This document shows, piece by piece, positions 39,601-51,174 of a stretch of DNA of 64,000 nt. The DNA lies in assembly GCA_043228905.1 (NCBI GenBank), contig JBHGNT010000003.1:23436001-23500000 (forward strand). Reading direction: 5' to 3'. The position numbers were made by a program, and so were the translations under genes. The notes beneath the pieces are model-generated. The model saw only the letters and a list, made by a program, of their open reading frames with translations. It did not search any database and had not been told where the DNA came from. Source of the stretch: Azolla caroliniana (taxonomy: Eukaryota; Plantae; Polypodiophyta). Positions within the stretch are counted from its first letter, which is position 1. Each line of letters starts with the position of its first letter.

Positions 39601-40697
39601 ATGTTGCGGATGAATCAGATTCAGCACATTCGTATATCAGTCTCATGGGATATGTGAACTACATGGAGGAGGTGAGCACCTACCACGAATGCTTGGCGGA
39701 CGCGCTCGATGAACTACAGGTGCATGATGAAGTTAATAAATCAAAGACAATGAGGTTTGATTCAAAGAGAGAGCACAATAAAACCGAAGGCATGCTGTTG
39801 CCAGGAGATCGAATATCACAAATGGGAGGGGATGCAGGACACATCATGGAGATGGTAATGTTTCTCTGCAGCCAGGTGAAAGAGGTTAAAAATATAGTCC
39901 TTGCCAATCATGCAGGGATAACAAAGCTAAACGACAAGGTGGATGAAATGAGTAAGAAGATAGATGAAATACATAAAGAAATTGTGGCATTAAGGAGAGA
40001 TGTTGTGAGCAAGATTGAGAGAATTGTAGAGAAGCTATGGAAATTTGGCATGGAGGATGAGTTGGGGTCGAAGCGCCTCCTCCCCAGAATCATCTCGATC
40101 ACCACAGAAGGCATCGGCACGGCAAAGAGGCTGGTGACTCACTTGTCGAGATACCATTCATCGTCTGTGCGAATGGAGCTCCTCTGCGAGGGCCCCTTGG
40201 ATTCCAAAGGGGGAAGCCATGGGAATTTTCCGCACCGAGTGGAAGAGCAGCCGGGCATCATCATCGATTGCCAGTCGGAGAAACTGCGGAAAGCCATTCC
40301 GTATGTGAATGCTGTCCTCAGTGTCTTGACCATAGCTGCTAAGGTTGGCATAAACATCCTGGTTCCCTCTGCAGCCAATGTTCTGCCTGATTGGGCTCCC
40401 CAGCTCAGAGCAGCTAAAGACTATCCCTTGATATCTACTGCCGCTGCCGCTCTCAGACCCGACGACCGCAGTTTGTCCACCGCACCAAGCATGCCTCGTG
40501 TGAGGATATCAAAGTCGTCTTCCGAAGAGTGGCAGAATTGCTTGGCGGACATATTGGCGGACCATGGAGGTGTGAGCGACGACAACATAGCCCAGAAGTT
40601 CCGCCTGAAATGTGCCACCCACAGAAAAGCAGATGGGAGCTGTGATCACGTTGCATGGGTATGTGAGAAGCATTACAGAGCCCAAAGGCCATTCTAG
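36686..40697 (+). CDS. TRN1-like: TORNADO1-like ROCO protein A (degenerate LRR, Roc GTPase, COR, coiled coil, C-terminal domain). join(36686..37907,37999..40697), 1306 aa.
   Basis: Splicing a 91-nt GC-AG intron restores the P-loop ICGDPYAG/KTTLL. Other motifs: G2 RTQGIEV, G3 WDMAGQQEFH, G4 TRAD, G5 EVDAR, COR LDPNWFC and LTPGLFPRIQV, LRR-like LHHLSLQFCHM and LRSLHLYRAYV, C-terminal AWVCEKH. Confidence 0.9.
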
Positions 40698-42542
40698 CTC
40701 CAAACATTCTGTGGGTGTGTGACTACTAGCATTGGATCATTGGAGAAACTAATTGTTTATATATCCAGATCTTTACCCTTTTGTGGCATGTATGACTAGC
40801 AATTAATTGGATGTATTATGCTTTCATGAATTTTTCTTCTTGATGAACATTTTATTCTTTACGTTATTATATCCTTTTTTTCAAGATTGTGTTGCACCAG
40901 GACTACCTCCTAACAAGCCACCTTCACCTATAGTGTACATATCTATGGCCATTTCAACATTCTTAATATCATGCAAAATATCCCCTCCGGTAATAAACAT
41001 TTATTGGACTCAATGTAACTTGATATGCACATCCCACTATAAAGTACACATGTTTAATTTGTTCCTAGCATGACGTTCACTACAAATAATCCCTATTTTT
41101 ATTTATTTGTGATCCATCTGTATATGCTCTTTATCAGTTGAGCAGAAACCACACACTATCTTGTGCAAGTAAATATATATTCTTTTTTATATCTAGTTAG
41201 TTGCACTAGAATCCAATCACTATTAATGGATGTAGATAAAGTGAAGGGTCTACATAAAGCTTGGTATTTAGTGTACTGTTGAACCTAGAAAAAGAAGAAA
41301 ATGAAATTTTTCCTTTCTGTGACACCATTCTCTAATAGGACGAACCTTTTAATGTTTTAGGTATCTAGTGAGAGTGTAAAGGAGAGTAAGTATTGTGGTG
41401 CTTCTAAATATATTATGCAAGTAAATATACATTCCTGTTGATATCTAGTTATGTGCACTAGAATCCAATCATTATTGCTGAATGTAAGGGTGTATGTGAT
41501 AATTTCTTGACCGATTGAATGATGATACATCTTCTTGTTAAGGACTATCAGTTTGTTAGCATTGTCGTGATGTGGCAAGTATAAAGGTAGACCGTAGAAT
41601 ATAGAGAAAAAGGGGGACAAACACAAAGATGTAAACATGTATATATGAAACCAATAATATAATACCAAATGGTTAATTGCAAAGCTTTCCTTGACTTGGG
41701 CCTTAGCCCCAGTTGAATCAAATCTTCGATAATTAGAATGTTATTCCACAAAAAAAGAGGGAAAAATTACTCTAGGCAATTCGTGAAGGGGCTAAAAGTC
41801 CTCCCCACAACATCACACTCTCCTTAGTTCAGGTCCCCGAGGGTCTTGCTAGAGTAGCACATGCACATGTGTCATCGCAACAGTGTGATGATCAGCCATT
41901 TGAAAATATATGTTATAACAATCGTAAGCTTGGTTGGAAGAAAACTGTTATTTGATTTAAAATTTGAAAACTAAATAACGATATCATATTTTTAAAAACG
42001 TTTGGTCACGGTGGTTAATGTGTGTCTTCATCTCATGCATTTGGTATGATGCCATAGAAGAATTTGGCTAAACTTAGTTTATGATTCTAACTTATGCTAA
42101 TCTCTATAGAATGAGCACAAGCTTAACAAAAACGTCAAGGAAAGCAATGATATAAAAAACAATGACCTAATGCAAAACCCCACCTTTTAGAGCACATCAC
42201 ACAAATTCTATGAATATAACATCTCTAATGTACAGATCCTAAAATAAACAAAATATGAGCATAACACACTGCTCAATACATGACACTTTTCCATCATGTT
42301 GTTATAAGCAAAAACATGACTAAACGGAAGGAAAAACCTTCACCCATTCAAAGTACAATAAAGAGTGAGCGTCTTATTATAATACAAAGGTGATTATTAT
42401 GGTTTAGATACATAAGCATGCACGTGTACTTAGCCAAAATTACATAGAAATTAGCAGTAAAAATATTTCTCCAAATACTAGTAGGCACATTTTCAAAACA
42501 ATGAGATACTTACTGCCTTTCTCTTCTCAAATCTCTACGAGC

Positions 42543-45275
42543 TTAGCCATTATAGTGCTTGTCACATAGCCATGCAACTCGAATATTACCGTCTGTTTCC
42601 CTGCATGTGGTAGGCTTGAGAAGGAACTTATCGTATATGATTTTATCTGTGACACCCCCGTATTTCTCCTTCAATATGGATGCCAAGCATTTCTGCCATT
42701 CTTCAGAAGACTGCAATATTGTGGGCCAGACATGAGCCTGGTTGAATCGGATGCTCGATGAAGAGGTTGCAGGCATGTCATCTCTGAATCTATGACCAGT
42801 ATTGAAGATGATAGGGTACATTGCCTCAGTTACCGATCTAAGTGAATCTGGTATCAAAACGCCTGGCATGGGAATCACAGAGCTAATCCCAAGCTTAGCA
42901 ATTGTCATCAAAATCCAAGCTAAACAGTTGATATATGGAAGGGCTTTCTCCAGCTCCTCTGACAAAGAAGTAATAGTGATGCCGGGTTGATTTTCTACGA
43001 GGTGCGGGGACTTTGTGTGCTCGCAACACACCTGAATTCTCAATGATGAGATATGGCCCCCTGATAGCTTAGTCACCAGCTTCCTTATTTTGTTCACACC
43101 ATCACTCGTAAGGATGGCGAAACGGGGTAGCTGCTTCTCAGCTTCACATTCCACCACAAGCTTCAATAACTTGTCTACAGCTTTTCCGACCTTCCTCACC
43201 ACATCTTCCCTCATACCTTTAAGCTCGCTCTGTATTTCATCCAACTTCTTATGCACGCTTAAAATCTCTCTAGCAAACATTTTTTTCATTGAATCAAATT
43301 TGGGTTCTAAGGCCAGTTTAACCGCCATCGCTGTTCTCTTGCAATCATCGTCTTGCATATCTAAATGTTGGCTACATGATTCCGAGGTTGTCGTGGTGAC
43401 ACTGTGGTGAAGACTCTGATTTTGGGCCTCAGATCCATTGCCATCAGCATCCATCTCCAACAATATATCTTTCACCTCCTCAAGCCATGCTTTATGAGAC
43501 ATGACTACCTCAGAGTAATTCTTGGAGCCAAGGATATCAACGAAGGAGTTTGTTGTATGGGTACCAATGTGATTGGTTTTCATCCAAATGTGACATTCTT
43601 CCTTACCTTGCTCAAGTTGCTTCTTCAACATTTCCTTCAATGTAGTTATTTCCATGCATTGATCTTCTCTATATTCAGCCTTTGATGGGTCATGAAACGA
43701 GTCAGGTCGGATGACACTCTCGATCAACTTAACCCCTTGAATACCAGTCGGTTGTGCACATATTGTGATCAAACGGTTGATCACATTCTCTTGCACATAG
43801 TCTAAATGCCCTTCCATATACATTTGTTGTGTATCTGAATATGTTGCCCTAACCAAGACATCTATCACATGGTCTGATTTGGCTTTACAGAACACCACGA
43901 TAATGTCCATGTTTTGAATAGAGATGGAAATAAAATCTTTGCCAAGGTTGATTTTAACATGATCCTTTTGTTTAAAAACATTATTAAATTCCACCTGAAT
44001 CCTTGGGAACAATCCTGGTGTAAGAAAAGTGAGGTTTTTGTTTTCACACTCCAATCTTCTACCCATATATACATGTATTGGATTATGGCCATCTGAAGTG
44101 CTTGCAGTGTCCGAGGGTCTCCATTTGAGTTGTTGATCCATACCACCATATGATCCTCCTTTGATGGGATTCAGTGGTAATGTGGATGGGATAAAGAATT
44201 CATCCTCATTCGTAGTTGACATGTCAGGGTTATTATGAACTTTACAACACAGGTGCATTGCTTCCATCAAATCCACCAACAAATACTCCTTCACATTAGA
44301 TTCGGTGGCGAGTTGCAAAGTGCCTTCTAGGAAACGACGATTTGCAAATCCCTTAATTTCCATAATATTTAGTTTCTTCTTGCGATTCGGAAAATGTATC
44401 AAGCTCCCCATGATTTTGTTGCAGAACCAATTGGGATCAAGAACGATGTGTGCTTTGTTGTGTACATATATGATGATCCCTGACTCGTTCAATGACAAGG
44501 CGATTCCTCGTAATACTTTATCTTCGTCATTGTTTGAAATGGAATCTACACAAGACTTGCAGATTTCACTAAACTTTGACCATGTAATGATTCGTTGGTT
44601 TGATGCCTTTAAATGCTTTGATAGATGTCCACTTACGTGTGTGCAGATGTCGTAAACCATAACATCTTGGAGAATTTCCTCGGCAATGCCAAAGATATGT
44701 TCAGAGAGACTTTCGACGGAAGCCCTCTTTCTTGCATCCACTTCGAAAGTGGTGTCTTCTATCTCAATGACCTCTTTGAACTCAGATCGAAGTAAAGCGA
44801 TTGTATTTGACATGGCAGCTGCGATAAGATTCATTTGATCTGCGTGAGTGAATGCCAGGATCACTCTAAGAGGAGTGTTGGATTGGCGGCTTTTGGAGGC
44901 AAGGAACTTGAGCCAATACCTCAAGCTCACTTCAAATTCTTGCTCTGTCTTCTTCACTTCAAATTCTTTCTGCGTTTGAATCTCTTCATGACCTGATTTT
45001 CTATTCTGGTTTTTCATGGGACTCCAAACAAACATGAACAAAGATGGGGCTTGGGAAGAGCTGGACCCTATTTCAGGCAGCATACAGTCATGGAATGCGT
45101 GGAATTCTGGCTGACCTGCCATGTCCCAGACTGACAGCCGGACGCCCTTCCTTTCAATGGCTTGGACCTCGATGCCTTCCGTGCGATCAGTGGTGGTCTG
45201 CATTAATCTGCGTACACGGGTCATAGTTGCACGGAGCTTGTCTGTCTTGCGTGGGCCTGGATGGATGGATTGCAT
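42543..45275 (-). CDS. TRN1-like: TORNADO1-like ROCO protein B: 910-aa ORF (Roc lacking the P-loop, COR, coiled coil, C-terminal domain)
   Basis: RTEGIEV, WDMAGQPEFHAFHDCM, THAD, EVDARK, LDPNWFCNKIMGS, LTPGLFPRIQV, AWLCDKH. Colinear with gene A exon 2, no internal stops. Confidence 0.85.
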   Translation of the reverse strand: MQSIHPGPRKTDKLRATMTRVRRLMQTTTDRTEGIEVQAIERKGVRLSVWDMAGQPEFHAFHDCMLPEIGSSSSQAPSLFMFVWSPMKNQNRKSGHEEIQTQKEFEVKKTEQEFEVSLRYWLKFLASKSRQSNTPLRVILAFTHADQMNLIAAAMSNTIALLRSEFKEVIEIEDTTFEVDARKRASVESLSEHIFGIAEEILQDVMVYDICTHVSGHLSKHLKASNQRIITWSKFSEICKSCVDSISNNDEDKVLRGIALSLNESGIIIYVHNKAHIVLDPNWFCNKIMGSLIHFPNRKKKLNIMEIKGFANRRFLEGTLQLATESNVKEYLLVDLMEAMHLCCKVHNNPDMSTTNEDEFFIPSTLPLNPIKGGSYGGMDQQLKWRPSDTASTSDGHNPIHVYMGRRLECENKNLTFLTPGLFPRIQVEFNNVFKQKDHVKINLGKDFISISIQNMDIIVVFCKAKSDHVIDVLVRATYSDTQQMYMEGHLDYVQENVINRLITICAQPTGIQGVKLIESVIRPDSFHDPSKAEYREDQCMEITTLKEMLKKQLEQGKEECHIWMKTNHIGTHTTNSFVDILGSKNYSEVVMSHKAWLEEVKDILLEMDADGNGSEAQNQSLHHSVTTTTSESCSQHLDMQDDDCKRTAMAVKLALEPKFDSMKKMFAREILSVHKKLDEIQSELKGMREDVVRKVGKAVDKLLKLVVECEAEKQLPRFAILTSDGVNKIRKLVTKLSGGHISSLRIQVCCEHTKSPHLVENQPGITITSLSEELEKALPYINCLAWILMTIAKLGISSVIPMPGVLIPDSLRSVTEAMYPIIFNTGHRFRDDMPATSSSSIRFNQAHVWPTILQSSEEWQKCLASILKEKYGGVTDKIIYDKFLLKPTTCRETDGNIRVAWLCDKHYNG

Positions 45276-45711
45276 GGTGGATAAGAGGGTAGTCTTCGGT
45301 TAGCTCATCCAGCAGGATCAGATGGACTGCTCCCCCACTAAAATTGGCGGCGGCCCGGAGGTAGTCCAGACTCTGGCCCGCATACCTCAAATCAAGCATC
45401 ATGTCTCTGCTCCCCCACTCTCGTTCTTCTTCTTTCTCCTTGTCAGTATAATCCCAATACTTTATACTGCCATCATATTGATCCCTGTAACTAATGAGGA
45501 AGAGGTTCTGAACATTAGACGCGTTAATGAGATGAGAGAGCTGGTGATGATGCTCATCACTACTATAGAGGGAGCGCCGTTTCAAGCCTTCAAGAGCCCA
45601 TCTGGATTTCTCGCACGCTTCTCTGACTTGGATTGAATACCAGACCGTGAGGATGTGGCGGTGAGGTGGTGGAAGTTTCTCGTACTGATGATGCTGGGAT
45701 GATGCAGCCAT
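45187..45711 (-). pseudogene. N-terminal part of ROCO gene B, frameshifted from the 910-aa ORF by an internal deletion
   Basis: LPPPHRHILTVW..EACEKSRWALEGLKRRS..EWGSRDMMLDL..AANFSGGAVHL matches the gene A N-terminus. It joins at GAAGAC (45297-45292) directly to the KTTLLSTM-coding sequence in another frame. Confidence 0.85.
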
Positions 45712-46636
45712 GTAATTGATACTAACACATGAATTAATGAATGATAATAATAATAATCAATGATTTGGGAATCAATCAAACCATTTTATTAAGAGAATTT
45801 GTATGAGTGTGTATGTCTGTGTAAATCAGAAACTGCTTAAGCTGCCAAAACTTCAAATCACTAATTTGTCCGAAATGGGTAGATTGTTTAATGACCACTT
45901 ATTTTAGTTGCAGAGCAGCAGTAGATTGGGAATATTTTATAATATACTCCGCTAATTTATTAGTTGGGATTAAAGGAAGCTATCTTCTATGCATACTAGT
46001 GTATAGATTATTTTATCAATCTTGATTGTGTAGCATAATGAATGATAATGGGGTGGATTACCAGGCTCATATCCATTTTATCCATTATTTATGATTGCTA
46101 CATAAGCTGATTACTGGCAATGACAACAGGATGACCTGGGTATTATTAACATTAGAAGGAGCCTCTACCTTTTGGAATATTAAGGTTGTAACTTATTATC
46201 ATTTTTTCCATTTATCTAAGGCTCTTTTCATCTATTTTATTTAAGGCTCATTTTTCCATTTATTTAAGGCTCTTTCCTACAGGTGAATAGTGGTAGGAAT
46301 GGAGTGAGACAACTACCACAGCTGTGTCATCGTATAGTATGTACATATGTGTGTGTGTGTGTGTGTGTTTAATGTTTGCTTATGTTATATATGTGTGTGT
46401 AAATTATGTATTTTGTGTATGCATTCGTGTGTGATGTTGATATGTATCTACAAAGTTTCTTCTATATAACAATTACTCTATTTTCTGAATCCTGTTATTT
46501 AATTTATCTTTTCGCCCCATTTATATAAACAGATACATCATGTCCTGTGCATGAAAGCATCGCTAAATTCAAAGGAAAAAACTATGTCCCAAAAGGGAGG
46601 CAAACTGCACAAGAGGAACACACCACACATTCATTG

Positions 46637-47623
46637 TTAACTCATCATTTATAGTCATGTTTTTAACCTATAATTGAGACCATAATGCATCTAAGCCATT
46701 CCTCATTAGATAGGCTTTATTTGATGTGGTCTCCTTGTAGGTGCTACATAATTTTGACTTTTTCAAACAAGTCACAATCCAACATCATGAAGTATATACA
46801 TTGTCTATTAGGTGCAAGTTGCAAAATTATGGTGGCTGACAATCACCAAGGATCATGTTCTTAAGCTATAATTGAGACTATAATCATGTTCTTAACTCAT
46901 CATCTATAGTCATGTTTTTAACCTATAATTGAGACCATAATGCATCTAAGCCATTCCTCATTAGATAGGCTTTATTTGATGTGGTCTCCTTGTAGGTGCT
47001 ACATAATTTTGACTTTTTCAAACAAGTCACAATCCAACATCATGAAGTATATACATTGTCTATTAGGTGCAAGTTGCAAAATTATGGTGGCTGACAATCA
47101 CCAAGGATCATGTTCTTAAGCTATAATTGAGACTATAATCATGTTCTTAACTCATCATCTATAGTCATGTTTTTAACCTATAATTGAGACCATAATGCAT
47201 CTAAGCCATTCCTCATTAGATAGGCTTTATTTGATGTGGTCTCCTTGTAGGTGCTACATAATTTTGACTTTTTCAAACAAGTCACAATCCAACATCATGA
47301 AGTATATACATTGTCTATTAGGTGCAAGTTGCAAAATTATGGTGGCTGACAATCACCAAGGATCATGTTCTTAAGCTATAATTGAGACTATAATCATGTT
47401 CTTAACTCATCATCTATAGTCATGTTTTTAACCTATAATTGAGACCATAATGCATCTAAGCCATTCCTCATTAGATAGGCTTTATTTGATGTGGTCTCCT
47501 TGTAGGTGCTACATAATTTTGACTTTTTCAAACAAGTCACAATCCAACATCATGAAGTATATACATTGTCTATTAGGTGCAAGTTGCAAAATTATGGCTG
47601 ACAATCACCAAGGATCATGTTCT
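46637..47623. repeat. Tandem repeat, about 3.9 x 255 bp, near-identical copies
   Basis: Unit starts ttaactcatcat at 46637, 46892, 47147 and 47402. Confidence 0.95.
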
Positions 47624-49699
47624 TCCCAATCATTATTGGTGACGCCTTTAGGTCTTTGGTTTCACAAATGAGGATCCGGTCAATGGCCTTAATTGCCTTC
47701 ATTAAATGAGTACATCTCTCATCTAATTCTTCCACATGAAAATTTTAGATCCGTTAAACTCGTGGATCTCAAGACAGTCTTTCCCAATCAACATCTGAGG
47801 TACTTGAAACATCAAACATTTCACAAACCCTTAGATAATAATGAGACGTAGTTAATTGCAAACCTAAGCACCTAATGATAGTTGGGGCACTACTCCTTAG
47901 TCACTTTCAAGCACGACTATCACCAAGTTGTCCATGCTACATCAAGTACAACATGTCTCTATGACACGCACTGGAATGTATGTTGTAGGTTTCACGATGT
48001 TTCAACGTGATCCATGATATCCTTGTACATTGGTAACCACCACTACGTCTAGGCAGACAAATGTTGCCTATATTCTTATATGTCTCACCCATAAGCTATC
48101 ATGTTATTTAGCAATCAATATTGCTTGCTATTCATTTTTGTGCACCATCGCAAGTGGTGTTCCTACACTTTGAGGGGTGCTTCCACAAGTACCCTTCACA
48201 AAAGAGGAACCTTAATTGGAGTACAACATAAAAACGTCCCATAAATCAATAATTCATTGAACCCATGATTTCAAGCTCAACAAATTAAAAAACTATTAAA
48301 CCAATATAATTTGAAACCAAAGTGTTGAAGATTGTTGTTATTTGAGACAAAAAGAGCAAATTAGTTTGGATTAATTAAGAACCTCCAACAAACATTCTCC
48401 AACATTTCCAATAGTGAGATCATTATGATGAAGGATTACCAAGAGGTCTTTTATCATAGATTTAGCAATCATATTAACGGTTACAAACAATGGTACACTT
48501 CAAACAAAAAAGAGGTTAATGCAATAAAAAAGCATGCTAAAATGTGGGATTACCTATTGCTAATTTATTTGACTGTTGACAGATGAACATGTACATTTCT
48601 CAAAGGCTTTCTTCAATCCAAACCTGCTCCCCAAATAGTGTAAAGATTCAGCAATATCTAGAACAACTTGGTCATTATCTGATCCGAGGATGAAGATATC
48701 AATGCTCATCAAAGAATGGAAAACTATTTTTGTGGTTAGGGTGCTCCTTGAGAGGAAGATGACTGAAATAATATCAAATTCTAAAAATTCAAATAATTTT
48801 ATGAAGCATGCCATCCCTACTTCAAGATTCTAAGCATATTACCAACAAGGTGAATACCAATACCTGCAGGAAAAGCAAGAATTGGTTAACCAATTTACTG
48901 GTAATGGATTGTATTGGCCCCCAGTATGAACACAAGTTTTATACAAAGTACAAATGAGAATAATTAAGCTTCATTAGAAGATAGGATATGGATTTGACCT
49001 AAACCATCATGAGAATTTAAGACCACTAAGACTGATCATTTTGTAACTTGTTTCTTGTCAGAGTAATTTGATTTTTTACACTTTCCATTGTGTCTTTATA
49101 TTTATGCCATGTAAAGGACCAGAACATGTTACTCATGACTTGAAGAATCAAATTTCAATATTTAAAAAACCTTGTTCCATTGTATTTAATTCTCATTAAT
49201 ATGCCCAAACTTTCAGACCAACATCAGGAAAAGATATACGGCAAATAATGTATATGGGTACTATACAGCAATTAATGCATATGCAATTAAAAGGATATGT
49301 CGCATGATACATCGCCCTCTAAAATATGACAAAAACTGTGGGCATGAGTTTAGTCATAAAATCATTCTCATCTTCTTTCCCAGATTTAACATCAAGACAC
49401 AAAAGCTTGGGTAAGATTGCTTCCTCCCATTTGAATTCAAAGAATGAATTCCACAAAGAGCTCTATCATCTTTCTATGTATGAAATCTAACAGAGATTCA
49501 TGTAGAATATCTAGAAGGGAAGGCCTTGAATGTATACTGAGCATCTTCACCAGTAGGTAAGCACAGAAGTATCTAAATTCCTGAGACATTTATTATTAAG
49601 GATAAGCCCATAAGGGGAGAATCTATCTTGGCTTTGTGAATTTCTCGTAGTCCTTTGCATTCTATCACCTACTCAGCTCAGAACCACCAGGGACTGAAT

Positions 49700-50660
49700 T
49701 ATTTTTCACACTCATCATCAACATAAAACAGTTCATGGCCAATCAAAAGATGTGGGATTAAGCCACCTCAGAGCTCATCCCGAGCTGCAAGGAGCTGAAG
49801 AAGCTCCAAGCGCAGCAAAACACAATTAGGCTCAACAACATACACTACACTAGAATTTCTATATATAATCTCTCACCGTTAAGAACGGCTTGGTTCTCCC
49901 CTGTCCAGTAGAGTTATTGCATCAAGGTTCACAACAATGTTCACAAAGAACAACGATTAACCTTGTGTGGACAATTTTTTCACTTTAAAGTTGAGTAGAA
50001 TGCATATATATAGACATCAACACAAACAAGGATTGCCCTGTTGTGGGTGATTTCATTATATGAAAGATTAGAAAGCCCATAGACAGCATCTCAACATTAA
50101 TCCTAGTCTCTACCATCATGGGAATAATTACATCAAAGCTGACTAGACAGTCTGGCACAAACATCTCACCATTTCAGTACCGTAACAATATGAAGATTCA
50201 TCGTGAAAAATCGAGGATTAACTTGGGCTCTCTCCTATCAGGTATAGTTGTCACATTGAAGTTTAACCTAACGCCCATGAAGTCTACATCCAATGGCTCA
50301 AGAATTGGATGTAAGAGCTACAGTTCTCACAAAAATGGGATCTAGCTTCTGCTTCCTAAGTAACAATAGCTGAACTCCATCAAGGGCTGACCATTCTCTG
50401 GAAACAAACAATGACAACAGCATTGTGGTTGATGGCAAATCTGTTTGAAGAGCAGGCTCTCCAACCTCAAATGGTAGACCAGCTGCATAGTCTACTGAAG
50501 ATGTGGCGGAACTTCGTCTACTCCAGACCAATTCAGAAGCCAAGTTCCAGAAATAAAAGGAATCCCAAATCCTAGATATGGAAGAAACAGCCGAGATGAG
50601 GGAAATTATTGAACAGGCCAACCACAAGATGGCGGTGGATGTGATTGGTGATTTGGCCCC
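49700..50660 (+). mobile_element. Possible decayed LINE endonuclease region
   Basis: VVGDF-like motif at about 50040. Otherwise heavily degenerate. Confidence 0.3.
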
Positions 50661-51174
50661 TCAATAGACTGTTATTCCCTATCTAGCCTCCTTGCGGGGG
50701 AGTCGGCCGAAAAGTCGACTTAAGAGTAGGCTGTGCCAGAGAGAATACTTAGAAGCTAAGTGAGAGAAGAAAGATGAGTGAAACAAAAGACAAATAGAGA
50801 GAAAGACAGAGAAGCTTTGGAAGCTTCAAAGGGGAGTAGACATCTACGTGTTAGGGTTTGGAATGCTCATCAGAAATTGTGGTTCCAAAGAACATTCAGA
50901 TCAGACCAGGTGCTTTCATTCTATGGTTGTATTTTGTCCACTATTATAGTGGAAATCTTTGTTCTGTGGTGTTTCCCTGAAATCAGGGTTTTCCACATAA
51001 ATCGTGTGCTTTCTTCATTTTTCTGTTTGTGTCTAAGTTTAATATCAGAATTTGTCTAAGTGAAATTTTGACAAACTGGTATTAGAGCGTAGGTTCTAGA
51101 TGGAAGGGGGTGTGAGTGGCTTTCCAGGGATGATTGTCCTAAACTCACAAAACTATTTAGACTAAAAGATTAAA

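Noticed and set aside
48560-48960. Possible exon with a good minus-strand acceptor near 48865
   Set aside because: Stops follow in the candidate frames and no motif is recognisable.
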